Below are positions 47,723-57,613 of a stretch of 64,000 nucleotides of DNA, in pieces. The DNA is taken from the IMG/VR virus record IMGVR_UViG_3300022602_000027; one strand, 5' to 3'. This DNA comes from a virus. Lineage: Duplodnaviria; Caudoviricetes. The notes beneath the pieces are model-generated. The model ran no database searches, was not told the origin of the DNA, and was given only the letters and a program-made list of their open reading frames with translations. Each line of letters opens with the position of its first letter. Position 1 is the first letter of the stretch. The translations under genes were made by a program, and so were the position numbers.

Positions 47723-50700
47723 TTAGTTTGCATTATTTCTATGGAAACCGCCTCTTGCGAAGAAACTCATCGCTGCCATGTTTCCATCTACCCCAATATT
47801 AACAAATCCTGCGTTTAATACTTGTCCAAAGTAAATCTTTGATGTCATTTTTACGTTAGATCCTGTAGTTCCATTTGGAATTGTTGATTTAATAAAGTTA
47901 GGAGCACCTACTACCACTGTACCAGCTGTTAATTGTCCGGTAAATGTATTAGCACCACCTTGACTTAAACGACTAGTTAGATAAGTTTTGATTGATTTTT
48001 GTGTAGGAATTACAGTATCACTATTAGCACTAAATGTACTATCTGTACTAAACTGTGTAATTACAACACTTGATCCACCAACTGAAATACCACCTAAACT
48101 CAAGCTGTTTAATCCAGTTAATCCAAATTGTGATGCACTTAAAGTAACAATACCAGTTGCTTGTTGAACACCAAATAAGTTACCAACTTTAAAGTTACCA
48201 TCTTGGTCAGTACTTGTGTAGAATACACGACCATAGTTAGCTTCAACTGTTTGATTATTAGGATATGCTAATGCATCACTGGTATATGGATATTGTGAAT
48301 TTACAAAATCTCCCGATCCAATGTACAAGAAATCATGGTTAGTTAAACGTGCTTGACTGTATTTTGTACGAATACTAATTAATGTACCATTAGCTGTTGC
48401 ATTAGCAGTTGTAATTGCAGGGCTTACTGATACGTTAGCTTCTAAATTAGGAACAGATGTTCCGTATACTGCGTATGCACTTGTAACTTTATAAATTTGA
48501 CTTACGCCAGTAATAGTCAAGTTATCACCCGGGCTTGGTAAACGTGTTAAATTATTTAAAATAACTTGCAAGCCTGTTTGATATTGATCAGCAAATCCAG
48601 CTCCAGTTACAAGAACTACAGTTGAATTGCTGTTATAACCAGAACCCTTATTATAGAATGATGGGCTACTTAATACTCCGTTTGCTAATCGAATAAGAAC
48701 TTGTACGTTAGTAGTAACGTTTGGATCAGTTACAGTAAGTTGAGGAGCAGAATTAACATAAGTTGCCGCACCTGTTACATAACCAGATCCTGGTTCCCAT
48801 TCATTAATACCGCTAATAATACCAGATGCTACACTAGCACGACCTTTAGTCTTAGTTCCTGAGCTAATTACACTTCCAGCATTTTGTCCGTTTAATGTAG
48901 AAATTACACCGTAGTAGTTTGTTGAGTTAAACCCAAATGCAGTGGCATTGCTGTAAGGCTGACTTGCAACTGTTTGATAATTCCATTGTAAACAATCTTC
49001 ACTGGTATATGCTGTAGACGATCCTGAAGCTAATGCAGTCCATACACCTTGACCATAAACAACTACGTTTGCTGGTATAGAAATATTACTACTATACCAA
49101 GTTGAACCATTTTGAGTATATGCTGGAGTATTATTTGTACTAGATACAGCAACAAAAGTACCGTTACCGTATGCAACACTCGACCAAGTAGTGCTTGCTG
49201 GTAGCGTACTTGCATACCATGTAATGCCATCCATACTATAAGCGGCCGCTGTTGATGCAGAAGTTCCTGCGATTGCAACAAACATATTATTTCCGTAAGC
49301 AATACTTGACCATGTACTAGATGTTGGTAATCCAGGACGTAAACCTGTAACAGTTCCTAGCACATTAACTGTGTATGTTCCTGTTAATGCAAATGTTACT
49401 TGTGTTGTTGAGCAACTTGCAACTGTAAATGTTCCGTTTACATTGTTTGTTGGGCTAGTAGTTTGTAGTGGACTAAATCCTGTTAAGGTAATTGTTGATC
49501 CAACTTGATAAGGAGCAATTGATTGACTAGCAAATGTTAAAGTTGCTGTTCCTGCGCTAACTGTAAAAGCTGTAGCAGTTAATGTTGAACTTGTTTGCGG
49601 AGTTGACCATGTAACTCCGTAGTTTGTACTATATGCGCCTGTACTAGTTCCTGTTGCAAACGCCACAAATGTTCCGTTACCATAAGCAATGTTTGTCCAG
49701 TTTGCAGTAGATGGTAGTGTATAACTTCTCCATCCTAATCCGTTTGCTTTACTAACTGCAACTACGTTACTTCCGCTAACTGCACCGCCGGCAATTGCAA
49801 CCCAATAATTATTACCATAAGCAATGCTTGTCCATTGTTGTGACGAAGGTAGTGTTATACTAGACCATGTTTGTCCATCATTAGATACAGCGGCAGTTTG
49901 TCCACTACTTGGTAATGCCATCCATGTGTTATTACCGTATGCCATCGAATTCCAATTAATTCCGCTGGTTAAAGTTACTGCACTTGTGTATGTAGCTTGT
50001 GCAAATACAGGAGAACTCCAAGATAATCTTGGTTCAATAAAATACAAACTAGAATTATCTAGTACTGATTGAATTGGTGTCCCTGGATTGATATGATCCC
50101 ACCCAACTGCGGCAACGTTCATAGATCCAGTTTTAGTTATTAGTGCAAAAGGCGATGCACTAGTTGAAGTTCCAGATACTGTACCAGTTGCAGTTGATAC
50201 TGCAAATGTACTTCCTGTTGGAGACGGTATTGATTGAACATAATATGTTGTACCAATAGTTACATTACCAAACAAACTAGTTGAGAATGTAGCAGTCATA
50301 CTACCTGACGCACTTAAGGTTAAAGTTTTAACAGCGTTAGTACTTGTTCCTACCATAGAACCAGTTGTACCCGATAGGGCAAATGATGTTGGGCAAGTTC
50401 TAGCAGTCATTGTTCCAGCTCCGCCAGCCATTGTTACTGCACCGCCGCCTGGAGTTTGACTAATTGTAAATGTTGTACTGTTGTTAATCGCAAGAATGTA
50501 GTAAACAGTTCCTGAAATAATGTTAGTTTCCCAACTTGTTCCAACAAAGTTAATTGGTTGATTAGCAACAAATCCTGTTGTTGAAGATACTGTTAACAAG
50601 TTAGTACCGTTGGCAGTAGCTGTCATTGGCACTGTAATTAAAGAACTTGCAATAGTAAATTGTGTACTATTAACAATACTGCTAATATAGTATTTTGTAC

Positions 50701-53700
50701 TGTCAGTAACATTATCATAAACTGTGTTAGTAAACACAATTGGATTTAATGGAACCAATGAGCCAGTTGAGCTACATGTTAAAGTATTTGTACCAGCGGT
50801 AGTTGCGGTTACGGTTACAGTTACTAGTGTTGTTGAAATAGTAAAATCGCCAGCATCAATAATATCATTAATGTAATATACTGTACTATCAGTAACACCA
50901 CCTAAAGCAGTTCCTGTAAACTGTATTGGATAATTAACAACCATATTAGTCGTTGTAGCTTGCAAATAATTGTTGTTTGCAATATAATTTAATACCATAG
51001 TTCCAGATGCTGTATTCAACGCATAAGTTGTTCCAGCATAGTTAGCACTAATCTGGAATGTTGTCGAACTTAAAATTGCACTAACATAATATACATATCC
51101 AGTAACTACATCACTAAACAATGAGCCTGCACCTGCAGAGAATGTAACACCCATATTAAGAGTTAATCCTGCTGTACTTGAGCATACAAAATAGTTGCTA
51201 GTCCCACCAACTGCTGAAGTTACAGTAGTTTGTGCAAGGTTAGTAGACGTTACAGAAGTAGTAAAATAAGTTGGAATAAATTGTACTGGTTGATTTAAGT
51301 ATAGGGTACTTGTATTTGCAGTGTTTAAAGTAAACAATCCACTACCACTATTAGTGCTAGTAATTTGTAAACTAGTAAATGATTCTTTTAGTACCCAAGC
51401 AAATTTTGGAGTAGCACCAGTAGTACGACTATCAAAATAGCTGATGTATCCGTATTGACCTGCACCTGTTCCGCTATTAATAAACACACGCAATCCTGTA
51501 TAGTTAGCGTTAGTATTTGTATCTGAGGTTGATAATTGTATATATTGATTGGTTCCGCCCTGAGCACTATTACTTGCTGTCAAGTATCCGGCGCCACCAG
51601 TTATACCATTACCGTCAGTAACAACATAAGTTTGGAATGTACTTGCACTTCTAAGTTCATCACCAATTGTAACTACGCCGGTACCTGAACCAGTAATGTT
51701 ATAATTTGCATAAGCTGTATACTTAGATGTTGAAGCAACTTCTAAATAAAAGTTTGGTTTGTAAGTACTTCTAGATAATTCAAGTTGGCTACCGTAGAAA
51801 TATGTGTACTGTCCAGCAGTGCCACTATATCCACGTGGATACAATCTAAATTGTAATTGAGTGTTTAATCCAGTTGTGTCATTAATAGTCATCCACAATC
51901 TATACCAACCAACAGTACTACCTGTAGTAGAAATTGCTTGATTAATTGCACCATATTGTGTTGGTAATAGTCCTCCGTTAGCATTGCTTGGAGTTACTGT
52001 TCCTGTAATAAAGTTATAATTAATACTGCTAGTTGCTGTACTAGATCCAGAAAATATACCGTATAAATCTATACTAGTTGCTGTACCTTGTTTTACATAA
52101 ACGCTTACTGTATAGTTTAATGCACTATTAACTGGAACAGTTCCTGTTGCTGTTACGTTTAAAATAGCACTACCTGTCAATCCAGTTACGGTAATGATAC
52201 AATCATTAACGCTGTTAACACCACCTAAACTTCCACCAGCAATAAACAACTGGTTACCAGTAACATATCCGCTTCCGCCAGCATACACAGTAACTAGATA
52301 AGCTGTACTAGTTACAGTAATGTTAAATGCCGCACCTGTTCCAGAACCACTAACGTTAACTGCACTCACGTTTGTATAAGTTGTTCCGGCTGCTGGAACT
52401 GCTACGTTTTGATAAACATAACTTCCGTCAGGACCAGAAGTTAAACCTTGTAAAGTCCATGCTTCTACGTTACCGGTTAGTGCTGTTGTATTTTTAGCAA
52501 AAGTTACGTTACCGTCAGACACCCAACTTGCACCTAAGAAGTTGTTGCTGTAATTTAACATGTTAGTTGTTGGTAAATTATATGACGAACCGCCATTTGA
52601 ATAACTTAGTCTTAGTAACTGTGCCGCACTACCGTAAGAGCTTTGCACAGTTGCTTGAACTTGTGAGCTTTGATTAAAAATATTTCCAGTAGCAGGAGTT
52701 TCCGTTACATCATAACCTTCTGCAATAACACCGTATACACCATAAGATGAATTACCATTTGTTGCTCGAATGCGTCCACCACCTTCTGCAAAATATCCAG
52801 CATAACCATAATATGAGAATACTGATACGGCTTCAGTTAAAGATCCAGGACCTGTACACCAAATACCAATACCATCATTAACAATGTGAGTAAAATCGTT
52901 ACAAACAATAGATTTATTTCCACCATTGTGTAAATTTCCATCAATTTTAAGAGCAGTACATCCGTTACCAAAAGCAGTAACGTTTTGTACATAAGGACTG
53001 CGACGGAAAATCCAAGCAGTAGTATCGTTTGGTCCTGTACCAGGATCTAAACAAGCATAGCTTCCACCTGTTGGACGTTGAATTAAGTAAGTATCAATAC
53101 CGCCTAATGTTCCTAATAACCCAACAAGCGTCATGTTACGTAAACCTGTTCCATTACGTAAACGGAACATATCTTTTAGACAATCTCCAGCATATACAGT
53201 CATACTGCCGTTTGTATAAGTGCTTAGTTGAACTAATGTTGAACCAGTATTGCCAACTGCTGTTATTGGACCTGTTGCACCACCGCCTGATATTGTTGTA
53301 ACTGTAATATTAACATCATTAACTGATAAATTAACAGTTCCTGTGCCAGTTGCGGCTACAGCTGACGCTGTAAATGATGTTCCAACAAGATTAGATGCCG
53401 CTCCACATAATGTAAAGTTAGTTGTTCCCACACTGGCAATAGTATAAACAGTTCCTTGCACCATTGCTGTTGCGGCAATTGTTGGTGCGCCAACGGCAGC
53501 ACCAGTAATTCTTAATCTGTCTCCAATAGCATATCCGGTTCCAGCATAACTAACCACTACAGAATATCCGCCTGCACTTGTAGGACTAATATTAAATGTT
53601 GCTGTTGATCCAGAACTTGCAATATTAACTGCTGATAGGTAAGTGTAAGTACCTGTAGTGCTAGTAATACCAAATTGATTTGTTGTAGTATTAATTGTTG

Positions 53701-56404
53701 AACCAACAATATAGTATTTTTGTCCTGTAGTTATTCCGCCAAATCCTGCGTAAGTTGTTCCTATTACGTTTAAAATATTTGATGCGGCAAACATAACTGG
53801 CATTTGATCAGCCATTGAAGTTACATTGCCAACTGTAAACAAGTTTGTAACTGAACTACTAGCTGTGGCAGTTGTATTGATACTAATTGCAGGTTCTACT
53901 ATTACTCCACGTAATTCATCACCAAAAATTGCAGTATTTTCTGGAACTGAAATTGGAAGAGTTTCTGGGTAAGTTCCTGTTTTAACAAAAATTGTAATAC
54001 TTATACCAGTATTAGGTGGAGGTAAATTAGCAGTGCTTTGATTAGACAATGCACTAGTAACGTATCCCATTAATGTAGCGGCAGTGCCTGCGCCGGATAT
54101 ACCAGTAACTGCGTTAATTTCAGCTGTGGCTAAACCAGTTGTTTGATATAAAACTGGTGTTATTCCGTTAGTTACTTGATAACTAGTTGCCGGTGCTGTT
54201 TGACCAATTGCATTACTTATTAATCCAGTCAAATATGTTAGCATTGGTAGATAGTAAGGAACGTCTGCCGCTACTGCTGTACTATAAAAAATAGTTTGTT
54301 GATTATAAGCAAAGAAACTTAGTGCGGCTGCTACGGTTTGACTGTTGCCTCCGCGGCCAATATCATACGCTAGTGCATCAATAATGTATCCTGCATCACG
54401 AGATGCTTTAGTACTATTAAAAGCATATGAACTTGTGTATGGAGAAATATTATTTGTAATTTGATAGTTAGCCCATTGAATCATTTCAGCTAACATCCAT
54501 GCTTTATTAGCAACTAATAATGCTACAGTATTTGGAAATTGTGTTCCGCTAGCAATTAAATTACAAGCATACGCTATTGATTTAAATGGCTGATCCCATG
54601 TTGTTCCATACGTTGGGAGATTTTGTCCGGTTGATGAGCATACATAGTATACGTTTGGTACTGAATTTATTTTAGTCCATGTTGGTACAGCACTAGTGTC
54701 TCTTAAAACCAATGCGTTAGAAGTTCCAATTGGTAACGCTGTATAACTAGATGTAGAAGAATTATAATACTCCATATCACCTAGTGTGTTCATTGCATTT
54801 TTTCTAGCATGAGGAACATAAAATACCCAATAGGTATTACTAGTATCTGTATCTGGTCTGTTATTACCTTGTGCTCCGCCTGACGCTGAATAAGAAGCAG
54901 TATGACTTTGGATACAAACATAAGTACCATTTTGCCATACAGCAATATCGCCTACAGTATAGAACGTTCCATTTGTCCAAGTTTTAGTCCAGTAGGTTCC
55001 TGGTATTAATAAATTCCAATAAGATGGGTTAACACCAACAAACGTTACTGGTTGACTTTGAGTTAACGTTGCAGTAGAATCTGGGCCAGCACTTAATGTT
55101 GCTGTATTAAGGGTACCTGTAGTAGCAGTAGTACCGGATGTTTGACTAGCACTAACAGTCCAAGAAGTGCCTCCGCCACTAACAATAAAAACACCTGCGG
55201 CAATGTTGCCGCCTGACAACTGCATACCTACTGCAATCGTACCAGTTACTCCGCTTACGGTTAATGTAGTACCAGTAGTTGCAAAAGTTCCAGTAAATGT
55301 TGCAGTAGATGTGTTTGTAGTTACTACTGTTTGTCCTTGTGTAAATCCTACACCAGTAATATACATGCCTGGAACAACACCTGTAACGGTATTAACATTA
55401 ACAAGTGTGCCTGAACTACCATAAGTGTTATAATTAGTTGCTACTGCAAAAGATGCAGGATCTTGTGCAGAATTATTTGCAGTAACCGAATACAATCTAC
55501 CATGACGATGGACTATATCACCAACAACATAAGTTGTTAAACTTGACCATTCACCTAAAAATGCAAACCCTTGTGTAAATAATGACCAACTAGCAGGAGT
55601 AGTGCTTGGAGTATTTCCAGTGTTATTAACGGTCTTACTGATGTAAGTGTAACCACCGTACTCAATAGTATCACCTAATTGATAAGTTGATCCAGCACTC
55701 CATGGATTTGAAGGAGCATATTCTAAACCTGGCAACCATAATGACCAATTTGCAGGAGTAAATGATGCATCGGTATTATAAGTAGTACATTGATATATGT
55801 TTGCACCTTCTTTTACCAAGTCATTAATTTTATATCTAGTTCCACCTACCCATGCTCCGGTATAATTGATGTTACTATAAAATGTTTTCCATGCGCTTTG
55901 GTTAGCTTCTAGCCCTAATGCGTTAGTAGCCGCACTAGTATGGTTAGAAATACATTGATATATGATACCGCCATACTTAACAACATCGCCTAATCCGTAT
56001 ACTGTATTTGGAGCCCAAGTAATATGCCAGTTAGTAAACTGAGTGTATTCAGTCCAGTAGCTTGATTGACTAGCAAAAGCAGAAGATGTATGCTGTGTAT
56101 TACAATAGTAAAGTTGTCCACCAAAGATTGCAATATTTCCTAAACTGTATGCAGTACCAGAATTCCATGCTCCAGTAAATGTTTTACCATCAATAATTAA
56201 ATTCCATAATGGGGTACTTGCACCTGATTGAGTAACATAGTATAAGTCGTTATAAAAACTAGATGAATTACTAGTGTTAGCAATTAAGCAGACATAAGTT
56301 TTACCTTGATAGCTTACAATCGCATCTTTGATGTAGGTAGTATTAGGTTGCCACGGACCTTGCCATGTAAAACGTAATCTACCAATTTTAAATTCTGCTG
56401 CCAT
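47723..56404 (-). CDS. Giant virion-associated adhesin/depolymerase-like protein (2893 aa), paralog of 35874-47672
   Basis: Same domain order; RSPYVQN, DGNLHNGGNKS, GGRIRATNGNSSYG, YSQARLTNHDFLYIG, STDQDGNFKVGNLF. Confidence 0.8.
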   Translation of the reverse strand: MAAEFKIGRLRFTWQGPWQPNTTYIKDAIVSYQGKTYVCLIANTSNSSSFYNDLYYVTQSGASTPLWNLIIDGKTFTGAWNSGTAYSLGNIAIFGGQLYYCNTQHTSSAFASQSSYWTEYTQFTNWHITWAPNTVYGLGDVVKYGGIIYQCISNHTSAATNALGLEANQSAWKTFYSNINYTGAWVGGTRYKINDLVKEGANIYQCTTYNTDASFTPANWSLWLPGLEYAPSNPWSAGSTYQLGDTIEYGGYTYISKTVNNTGNTPSTTPASWSLFTQGFAFLGEWSSLTTYVVGDIVHRHGRLYSVTANNSAQDPASFAVATNYNTYGSSGTLVNVNTVTGVVPGMYITGVGFTQGQTVVTTNTSTATFTGTFATTGTTLTVSGVTGTIAVGMQLSGGNIAAGVFIVSGGGTSWTVSASQTSGTTATTGTLNTATLSAGPDSTATLTQSQPVTFVGVNPSYWNLLIPGTYWTKTWTNGTFYTVGDIAVWQNGTYVCIQSHTASYSASGGAQGNNRPDTDTSNTYWVFYVPHARKNAMNTLGDMEYYNSSTSSYTALPIGTSNALVLRDTSAVPTWTKINSVPNVYYVCSSTGQNLPTYGTTWDQPFKSIAYACNLIASGTQFPNTVALLVANKAWMLAEMIQWANYQITNNISPYTSSYAFNSTKASRDAGYIIDALAYDIGRGGNSQTVAAALSFFAYNQQTIFYSTAVAADVPYYLPMLTYLTGLISNAIGQTAPATSYQVTNGITPVLYQTTGLATAEINAVTGISGAGTAATLMGYVTSALSNQSTANLPPPNTGISITIFVKTGTYPETLPISVPENTAIFGDELRGVIVEPAISINTTATASSSVTNLFTVGNVTSMADQMPVMFAASNILNVIGTTYAGFGGITTGQKYYIVGSTINTTTNQFGITSTTGTYTYLSAVNIASSGSTATFNISPTSAGGYSVVVSYAGTGYAIGDRLRITGAAVGAPTIAATAMVQGTVYTIASVGTTNFTLCGAASNLVGTSFTASAVAATGTGTVNLSVNDVNITVTTISGGGATGPITAVGNTGSTLVQLSTYTNGSMTVYAGDCLKDMFRLRNGTGLRNMTLVGLLGTLGGIDTYLIQRPTGGSYACLDPGTGPNDTTAWIFRRSPYVQNVTAFGNGCTALKIDGNLHNGGNKSIVCNDFTHIVNDGIGIWCTGPGSLTEAVSVFSYYGYAGYFAEGGGRIRATNGNSSYGVYGVIAEGYDVTETPATGNIFNQSSQVQATVQSSYGSAAQLLRLSYSNGGSSYNLPTTNMLNYSNNFLGASWVSDGNVTFAKNTTALTGNVEAWTLQGLTSGPDGSYVYQNVAVPAAGTTYTNVSAVNVSGSGTGAAFNITVTSTAYLVTVYAGGSGYVTGNQLFIAGGSLGGVNSVNDCIITVTGLTGSAILNVTATGTVPVNSALNYTVSVYVKQGTATSIDLYGIFSGSSTATSSINYNFITGTVTPSNANGGLLPTQYGAINQAISTTGSTVGWYRLWMTINDTTGLNTQLQFRLYPRGYSGTAGQYTYFYGSQLELSRSTYKPNFYLEVASTSKYTAYANYNITGSGTGVVTIGDELRSASTFQTYVVTDGNGITGGAGYLTASNSAQGGTNQYIQLSTSDTNTNANYTGLRVFINSGTGAGQYGYISYFDSRTTGATPKFAWVLKESFTSLQITSTNSGSGLFTLNTANTSTLYLNQPVQFIPTYFTTSVTSTNLAQTTVTSAVGGTSNYFVCSSTAGLTLNMGVTFSAGAGSLFSDVVTGYVYYVSAILSSTTFQISANYAGTTYALNTASGTMVLNYIANNNYLQATTTNMVVNYPIQFTGTALGGVTDSTVYYINDIIDAGDFTISTTLVTVTVTATTAGTNTLTCSSTGSLVPLNPIVFTNTVYDNVTDSTKYYISSIVNSTQFTIASSLITVPMTATANGTNLLTVSSTTGFVANQPINFVGTSWETNIISGTVYYILAINNSTTFTISQTPGGGAVTMAGGAGTMTARTCPTSFALSGTTGSMVGTSTNAVKTLTLSASGSMTATFSTSLFGNVTIGTTYYVQSIPSPTGSTFAVSTATGTVSGTSTSASPFALITKTGSMNVAAVGWDHINPGTPIQSVLDNSSLYFIEPRLSWSSPVFAQATYTSAVTLTSGINWNSMAYGNNTWMALPSSGQTAAVSNDGQTWSSITLPSSQQWTSIAYGNNYWVAIAGGAVSGSNVVAVSKANGLGWRSYTLPSTANWTNIAYGNGTFVAFATGTSTGAYSTNYGVTWSTPQTSSTLTATAFTVSAGTATLTFASQSIAPYQVGSTITLTGFSPLQTTSPTNNVNGTFTVASCSTTQVTFALTGTYTVNVLGTVTGLRPGLPTSSTWSSIAYGNNMFVAIAGTSASTAAAYSMDGITWYASTLPASTTWSSVAYGNGTFVAVSSTNNTPAYTQNGSTWYSSNISIPANVVVYGQGVWTALASGSSTAYTSEDCLQWNYQTVASQPYSNATAFGFNSTNYYGVISTLNGQNAGSVISSGTKTKGRASVASGIISGINEWEPGSGYVTGAATYVNSAPQLTVTDPNVTTNVQVLIRLANGVLSSPSFYNKGSGYNSNSTVVLVTGAGFADQYQTGLQVILNNLTRLPSPGDNLTITGVSQIYKVTSAYAVYGTSVPNLEANVSVSPAITTANATANGTLISIRTKYSQARLTNHDFLYIGSGDFVNSQYPYTSDALAYPNNQTVEANYGRVFYTSTDQDGNFKVGNLFGVQQATGIVTLSASQFGLTGLNSLSLGGISVGGSSVVITQFSTDSTFSANSDTVIPTQKSIKTYLTSRLSQGGANTFTGQLTAGTVVVGAPNFIKSTIPNGTTGSNVKMTSKIYFGQVLNAGFVNIGVDGNMAAMSFFARGGFHRNNAN

Positions 56405-56419
56405 GTTATATTTTTCCTA

Positions 56420-56800
56420 TTAAGTTGCTGACACTGTCTGCAACGCACTGTATACGTACGGTTGATTTATTTGAACTACAAGATTTCCTTGACTATCAAG
56501 GAAATAATAGCAATTTTTGCTATCCCATCGATATTGATCAAAAACTAAATTTGGATAAGGGCGTGTATGAGTAGTTGCATTTCTTCCATCAAAATAATCA
56601 ACACCGTATTCAAAATTTTCAAAGTTATTTAAACTTGATCCAGGAACGTTTAAAGGAATAGATGCTGAACTTGTAATTTGATCTACTTTATAAAAATAAA
56701 GTGTGCCGTCATCTAATCTTTGTAGTCCGTAGAAATATCTAGGATTACCTTCACCTAGTAAATCATTTGAGTTATATTCATTACCAACATAGTATGTCAT
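56420..56800 (-). CDS. Hypothetical protein (126 aa), Tyr/Asn-rich
   Basis: ORF with AAGGA SD in the structural operon. Confidence 0.65.
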   Translation of the reverse strand: MTYYVGNEYNSNDLLGEGNPRYFYGLQRLDDGTLYFYKVDQITSSASIPLNVPGSSLNNFENFEYGVDYFDGRNATTHTRPYPNLVFDQYRWDSKNCYYFLDSQGNLVVQINQPYVYSALQTVSAT

Positions 56801-56809
56801 AATTTATCC

Positions 56810-57610
56810 TTAGCTTATTTCAACGTAACTTAAAACAGCATCCATACTACTAGTAACGTTTGACCAAATCATTACGTTAGTACTTGCTCCTAATACTAAT
56901 CTTTCTCCGCCATTAATAACTCTTGCGCTAGTGTTTGGTGGTATTACAATATTTTGTACAAAATAAGCTGTAGTGTTTGCCACTGTGTCTTGCAGTTGTA
57001 CACTTGCAACAATAATTGTTGCAGTTATGTTTGTTAAACTTAATCCAATAGCTGTTGTTGTTGCACTAGAGTTAGTTGTTAAAATACAAGGACTAAGTGT
57101 TCCAGCTACAGTCATAGATCCAGTACCAGTACTTGCAAAAGTAATAGTTGAAGTTGTTCCTGATGTAACATAATATGTACCATTATATCCTGTAGGAGTC
57201 ATGCCAACTATGTTTACAAGAATGCCTGTTGGAAACGGTGCTACTGATTGTGTAGCAAATGTTATTGTAGCAATGTTTAAAGTGTAAGTTATGCCACTCG
57301 GAGTTCCGGTTGTTGTTACTACACCTGTACCGCCTAGTGTAGTTGACAAAGTAAATGTAGTTGATCCGTTAGTAGCAATAATATAATAAGTTGTTGGATT
57401 TGTATAACCGGTAATGGTAACGCCGCCTAGTGTTCCACTAATAGTTACTGTTTGTCCAACAGCTAAGTTAGTGTTGCTACTGCAACTAAATTGTCCGCCA
57501 ATACCTGTAACAGTTACACCGCTTAAAGTACTGCTAGCTCCAGATGCCGCTGTAGGAGTTATTTGAGTTCCTACACTTGCTAGTAATTTATTTTTAAATA
57601 GAGTTGTCAT
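56810..57610 (-). CDS. Structural protein (266 aa): small beta-rich core split by two inserted modules
   Basis: MTTLFKN...VGT N-terminus and IGLSLTN...GGERLVL...DAVLSYVEI C-terminus flank about 150 aa of Thr/Gly-rich modules. Confidence 0.65.
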   Translation of the reverse strand: MTTLFKNKLLASVGTQITPTAASGASSTLSGVTVTGIGGQFSCSSNTNLAVGQTVTISGTLGGVTITGYTNPTTYYIIATNGSTTFTLSTTLGGTGVVTTTGTPSGITYTLNIATITFATQSVAPFPTGILVNIVGMTPTGYNGTYYVTSGTTSTITFASTGTGSMTVAGTLSPCILTTNSSATTTAIGLSLTNITATIIVASVQLQDTVANTTAYFVQNIVIPPNTSARVINGGERLVLGASTNVMIWSNVTSSMDAVLSYVEIS

Positions 57611-57613
57611 TGA

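Noticed and set aside
40590-54410. Calling the host a cyanobacterium or the repeats functional light-harvesting proteins
   Set aside because: No photosynthesis genes or bilin lyase/reductase in the window, and the attachment Cys is missing from all copies
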